This document shows, in pieces, positions 59,417 through 64,000 of a stretch of 64,000 nt of DNA. Each line of letters opens with the position of its first letter. The first letter of the stretch is position 1. The translations under genes were made by a program, and so were the position numbers. The stretch is from Coniocarpon cinnabarinum. Its lineage: Eukaryota. The stretch spans positions 124,001-188,000 of the forward strand of contig JAVECO010000017.1 of assembly GCA_051942205.1 (NCBI GenBank), read 5' to 3'. The notes beneath the pieces are model-generated. The model was not told where the DNA came from. It did no database searches and saw only the letters and a program-made list of their open reading frames with translations.

Positions 59417-62400
59417 ATGGATTTAAACGACTTCCTGGGTTCGCTTCTCATATTGGGGAAGGTGGAGGCTCCGTTGGCAGAAGCGCAGCTTCGCGAGTTG
59501 GCGCGAAGAGAGAACGAAGTAATCGCTGGACTTGTGCGTCCTGAAATATTTCACTCGGGAGTGTAAGAGTCAGTCTTGACTTTGCAGCAAGTTTGTGACC
59601 AGGACACTCTAACATTAGGCGACAGATCCGTCGCTCGGTATTTTGACACTCTAGTACGAACAGCAAATGACCCTACACTGGGAGTACTACACCGTGTGAA
59701 AGCTTATGATGTTCTTTGCTCTTTCGTTGGCACGATCTACGCAGATGAAACTCACTGCTTAGACCGACGCTACGCGTGCGATCGCCTTATAAGCTTGTAC
59801 CTGGATCGGCATGACAGTCTCAAAGCCAAACACAACAAGCGTGTCCTTAAAGTGCTAGTTGCGGCTTGCTTCTCGTCCTCTGAGAAGTGTAATGATGTTG
59901 TATCTTTGAGGAGTCATGTCTATCGTCGACTATACAATGTGATTTTTCTGGATCAAGATCATGTGCGCGCCCGGCCAGCGTTCGAAGCGTTAACCTTACT
60001 TGTCAAAAGGGACACAGTATCAGTGTCGTCTCTTCCATGCTTTCACGAATCAGCCACAGATGCTAGCGAGACAGCTCTTGGCGCAAGCGAGGGCTTGCTG
60101 CAAAGCGCGCAGCATACCTTGAATCTTGTGATTCCATGGTTTAATAGACAGCAAACAGCTCAGGCTGCGGGTCATTTTACAAACGCGTATCTAGCCTCTT
60201 TGGAAACGGCGCACCCCGAGTTACGTGAGCGATCTCCGCCACTTTGGACAGATTCAGTGCTGGAATACTGCATCCAAGATGTTGTTGAGACTTTCGCCTG
60301 GCGAAATTACGTCCTTCCGACGCTTTTCGAAAGGAATGCCGAACAGTACTGGAGCTTTATCCACTGCCTGCAGACTTCCGAACTCACGGGCACATATCCG
60401 AACAAGAGATTGGGCACACGAGGTCAGGAACTCCTCCACATTTCTTTACAGGTTGGAATTGAATTGGGCTTAGTTGCTGTTAAAGGTACGTCGATGGCGG
60501 GAGTCGACATAATGTGTGTGGCTTGCTGACCTAGTGAAGACGCTAGAGCTGATCCTGAATTCCGACAGAATCAGGTGCAGATATCTGTCGCTTCAATTGC
60601 TCACATGCTTTCGCAAAGTTCGCTAGCATCCCGGTTGGCTGGACTTTCTCTCTTAGTGTCTTCCAAGGCAAGAACGAAACCACTCACTCCAGCCGCGATG
60701 ACGATGTTTCTCCAACATACGTGCCATTTGCAGCAGGAATTGGACGCCGGATTCCGCGGACAATTTTTGAGTGTTGTTCACGACCTGTTAAATCGACTTC
60801 GGACAGTCATCGCATCACTTGCCAAGCCTTACACTGATTCTTCAATTTCATTCGATGAACGGGACTCGCTGTATCAGCCATTTAATTCAAACCAACACCG
60901 CAGACTAAATCACGCTCAATTTCTTGCCAAGCTTTGCAACACATTCGTGTCAGGCCTTCATCCTTGCTCAAACTACCAGCAACATATCAGTTCTGTAAGG
61001 GCGTTGAACATCATAGTCCGATCGAGTGCCGTTGATATTCTTTCTGATCGCAACCCCGTCACGACACGGCCACTGCGAGTTGGTCTTTTCACGTCCAAAG
61101 TTCTGCGTCTTCTGCAAGACTTGCTTCTGGATCCATTTGACGACGTACGGCATCAGGCAACACAACTGCTACTATACCCTTTGGCTCCCACGAACACACT
61201 CGAAGCGAGACTCTCATCTCTTCAGGTGGCTTGCAATTATGTTCATCAGCGATCTGACTGCCTAGCCACGTACACTCCGGTAGAGGAACAGTCTCTAGAC
61301 GCTCTATTTTCTTCTGCACGCGACAGAGTTATCAAAACGGGTAGAGCAGATCACGGCGACGGACTTGCTCGTGTATTCACGATTCTAGCACAGCGTTATC
61401 TAAATGGATCTGAGTCGTCTGCGAATTTTGCGGACGAAGTCAAGCTCACTGATCAACCACATGCAAGCTCAAAAGCGTCCTTGCGTGGTCTTGTTGCCCA
61501 GTGCATATTCATGTTGCGAGTCTCATTGGAAGTGGCCTCTCAAAATCTTACTCAGGCCGTCGAGGCTGAGCCTGTCCACGCTTATTTTACGTGTCTGAAG
61601 TTTGTATAACCACGCCTCTCATCTATTTCAGCACTGACATCTCCAGCTCCTGCTTGAATGTAGGCGGTCAAGATGCTTCTACCAATAAAGACAGACTCTG
61701 TCACGTATTTCACGAGTCTTTCCTGACCATCATGGATGTGATTGAACGCTTCTGGCATTTAGTCAAGCCCATCTTGTGTAACGATGCACCTGAAGGCTTC
61801 ATCCTCGAAGATGTACCCGACGAAGCGATCATTGATACCAAAAGCGTATTGTCATGGGCGTGGCGGGGGCTCAAAGAAGCCAGGTCAGTCTTATCAACTC
61901 CTCCAATAGCTCATTATTGACACGAACAGTCTGGTGTATGTCCAGCTACTGTCCTGCTTGAGACTAGTTTACGATCTCGTCAATGTGGACTATCACCAAG
62001 TTCTGGAACGCGTGGGCAATGCAACTTTTCAACAACTGGCGCATCTTCGCCATCGTGGTGCCTTTTCTACCGTTGCAAATACATTCCTGATTGTCTGTGA
62101 AATGAGCCATCAATCGCAACATGAAAAGGCACGAGGTTTGCTTGACTGTTGGTACAGAGTATGTTTGAAAAACACTTGCCTTTCATTGGAAGACCGACTC
62201 ACATGCACCCAGGGAGCTTTGGCCTTAATGAAAGAGAGGGGATCGTCAATTACACGGCGTTCCGCTGGCATCCCATCCATCATTGTTGGTCTTGTGTCTT
62301 CTACACGAGACGAACAGTATTTGCCGAAGGCCATCTCGGACCTCAAAGAGATTGCCCTTGAACCAGCGATGTTCAACGAAATCAAAGAGGTAGATCTACC

Positions 62401-64000
62401 TCAGGTCCATGCGTTGAACAGCCTAAGAAGCCTCTTCCTCGCCGCTCGACTGTGCGATCAAACTGACCTGTGCATCGTATCTTCTATGGACCTGGCGCTT
62501 GAGTGCCTCGTTTCCAAAGTGTATGTATTCAATATTTCCTTACAAAATTGCAAGTACTGAACAGCGTTGCAGGTGGTCTATCCGCAATAGTGGCCTGATG
62601 TTGCTCAGAAGTTTGATCAGCCGACTGCTCGGGTCTCACGAGGTAGATAACGCTGCCAATGCTTATACTTCATCGTCATCGAAACTAGCATATGCGAGAT
62701 ACCCGGGCTTGTTACAATTAATGCACACAATTCTTTCGGGCTTCGCCTTCCAAAACGCTTCCTCAAAAACCCATGCACTTCGGCCCTTAGCGCTAGCCAC
62801 GGAGGCTTATTTTCCAGTGCTTGATCTCATTCGACGGGTCACTGTCCCGGATGATGAGATATCTAGATTCCGACCCTTGGTTCTACGAGCAGCAGAAAGT
62901 CCACAGTGGCACCTTCGCATTATTGCTGCGAGGGCGTACGCAAGCATGCTGAAATCTGGAGATGACTTGGCAGGAGTTATTGAAGCGATTCTCAAACCTT
63001 TTCCAACGGAGTCGAGTGTCTCGCATGGCCGGTCACTCTGTGCATACCATCTATGCCGAAGACGCATCTCCCAATTGGAGACTGCTACGCAGAAGCCAAA
63101 CGGGATCGTCTCTGGAAAGTTGAAAGATCAAAGGTGGCTCCATCAAATACTACTCCTTCTGGACTCGGCCCTTCAACATGTCCTCATCCTGAAACACCAA
63201 GACGCAGTGATTACAACACTCATGGAAGTCTCAAATCTGATAGGGAGCTATTTGCTAGATCTAGATCAAAGCTACCCTGAAGCAGAATCTGCTTTCACTA
63301 AAATCAGCGCCAGATTCGAATCCATGACCCCTCGCAGGAAACAGCGCACTGCAACCGCGCCTTGCTCGGACCTTTTCGATCGCGAACGGCTTTACATGCT
63401 TATTTGTAAGCAGCTCCTCCTTGACTCGTGGCGTATGAGCGAGCGCAGAGCCCTCAATGACATCAACTTCAACTCGAACCATGTTGTATCGCAACTTCTC
63501 GAGGCCAACTCTTTGGTCTCACTTCAGGCTTTGCAAGCACTGTGGACGTCTCTTTCACGATCCGCGTCAAGTATGCAGCTCAAACTGCTACAGATCCTGA
63601 CACGCCTGCGACTGCGCACGAAACGGAAAAGTATGGCGATATTCTGTCAAGATGTCATCACAGATGCAGCACAATCCAATGCCGGCAACCATCATTTTAT
63701 GGACACTATCGACATTCTTCTTCGTACGCTGCCGTTGCCCGATGACGCTTGGAAGGCACGGTCTCCAATCGAGCTTGAGAGCAATGTTCGAATGACTGGT
63801 TTCATTCTTGGCGCAAGTATCAACATCGACCCGTCTCAGAACGCTCGTCGTCATGATACGATCAAGAATTGGATTCTGTCCACAAGATTTTGTCTAGAGA
63901 ATAATGTAAATTGTCTCAAGCCATTTCAATGAGGGCTGCTAACACTGCACAGGACTTTGCGCTCCGAAATGCTGCAATCACTGGGCTGAGAGGTTTCTCT
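59417..64000 (+). CDS. TRM732: THADA/Trm732 (DUF2428) HEAT-repeat protein, multi-exon, truncated by the window end
   Basis: Consecutive + ORFs separated by short introns (donors near 60486, 61600, 61884, 62159, 62519, 63906), with DPFDDVR, CNDAPEG, RHRGAFS, ITRRSAGIP, QVHALNSLR and WSIRNSGLML motifs. The 5' exon structure is uncertain. Confidence 0.88.

Overview
Eukaryotic, filamentous-ascomycete (Pezizomycotina-like) genomic DNA with short GT-AG introns and CTAAC/CTGAC branch points. Most of the window is housekeeping genes: Psr1-type phosphatase, CWC15, a SAP/Acinus-like protein, CYS4, SRP receptor beta, AKR1, leucine aminopeptidase, an R3H-associated protein, FKBP12, HIS2, a dsRBD-like protein, augmin HAUS6, an HD-domain nucleotidase, a Pho80-family cyclin, tRNA-Val(CAC), BolA, a large Myb-like protein, TIM23 and THADA/TRM732 (runs off the end). 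Two accessory islands interrupt these. The first (about 7.4-19.1 kb) holds five same-strand, intronless orphan ORFs that appear by eye to share a C-terminal helical motif, plus an F-box-like ORF, a RIP-like AT-rich patch, a broken membrane-protein gene and a cutinase. The second (about 36.5-39.9 kb) holds a frameshifted HeLo-like/STAND N-terminal gene and a repeat-rich element relic. A 280-nt HIS2 intron carries a multi-hairpin candidate structured RNA. All calls come from reading the sequence and recalled family motifs; no searches were run.
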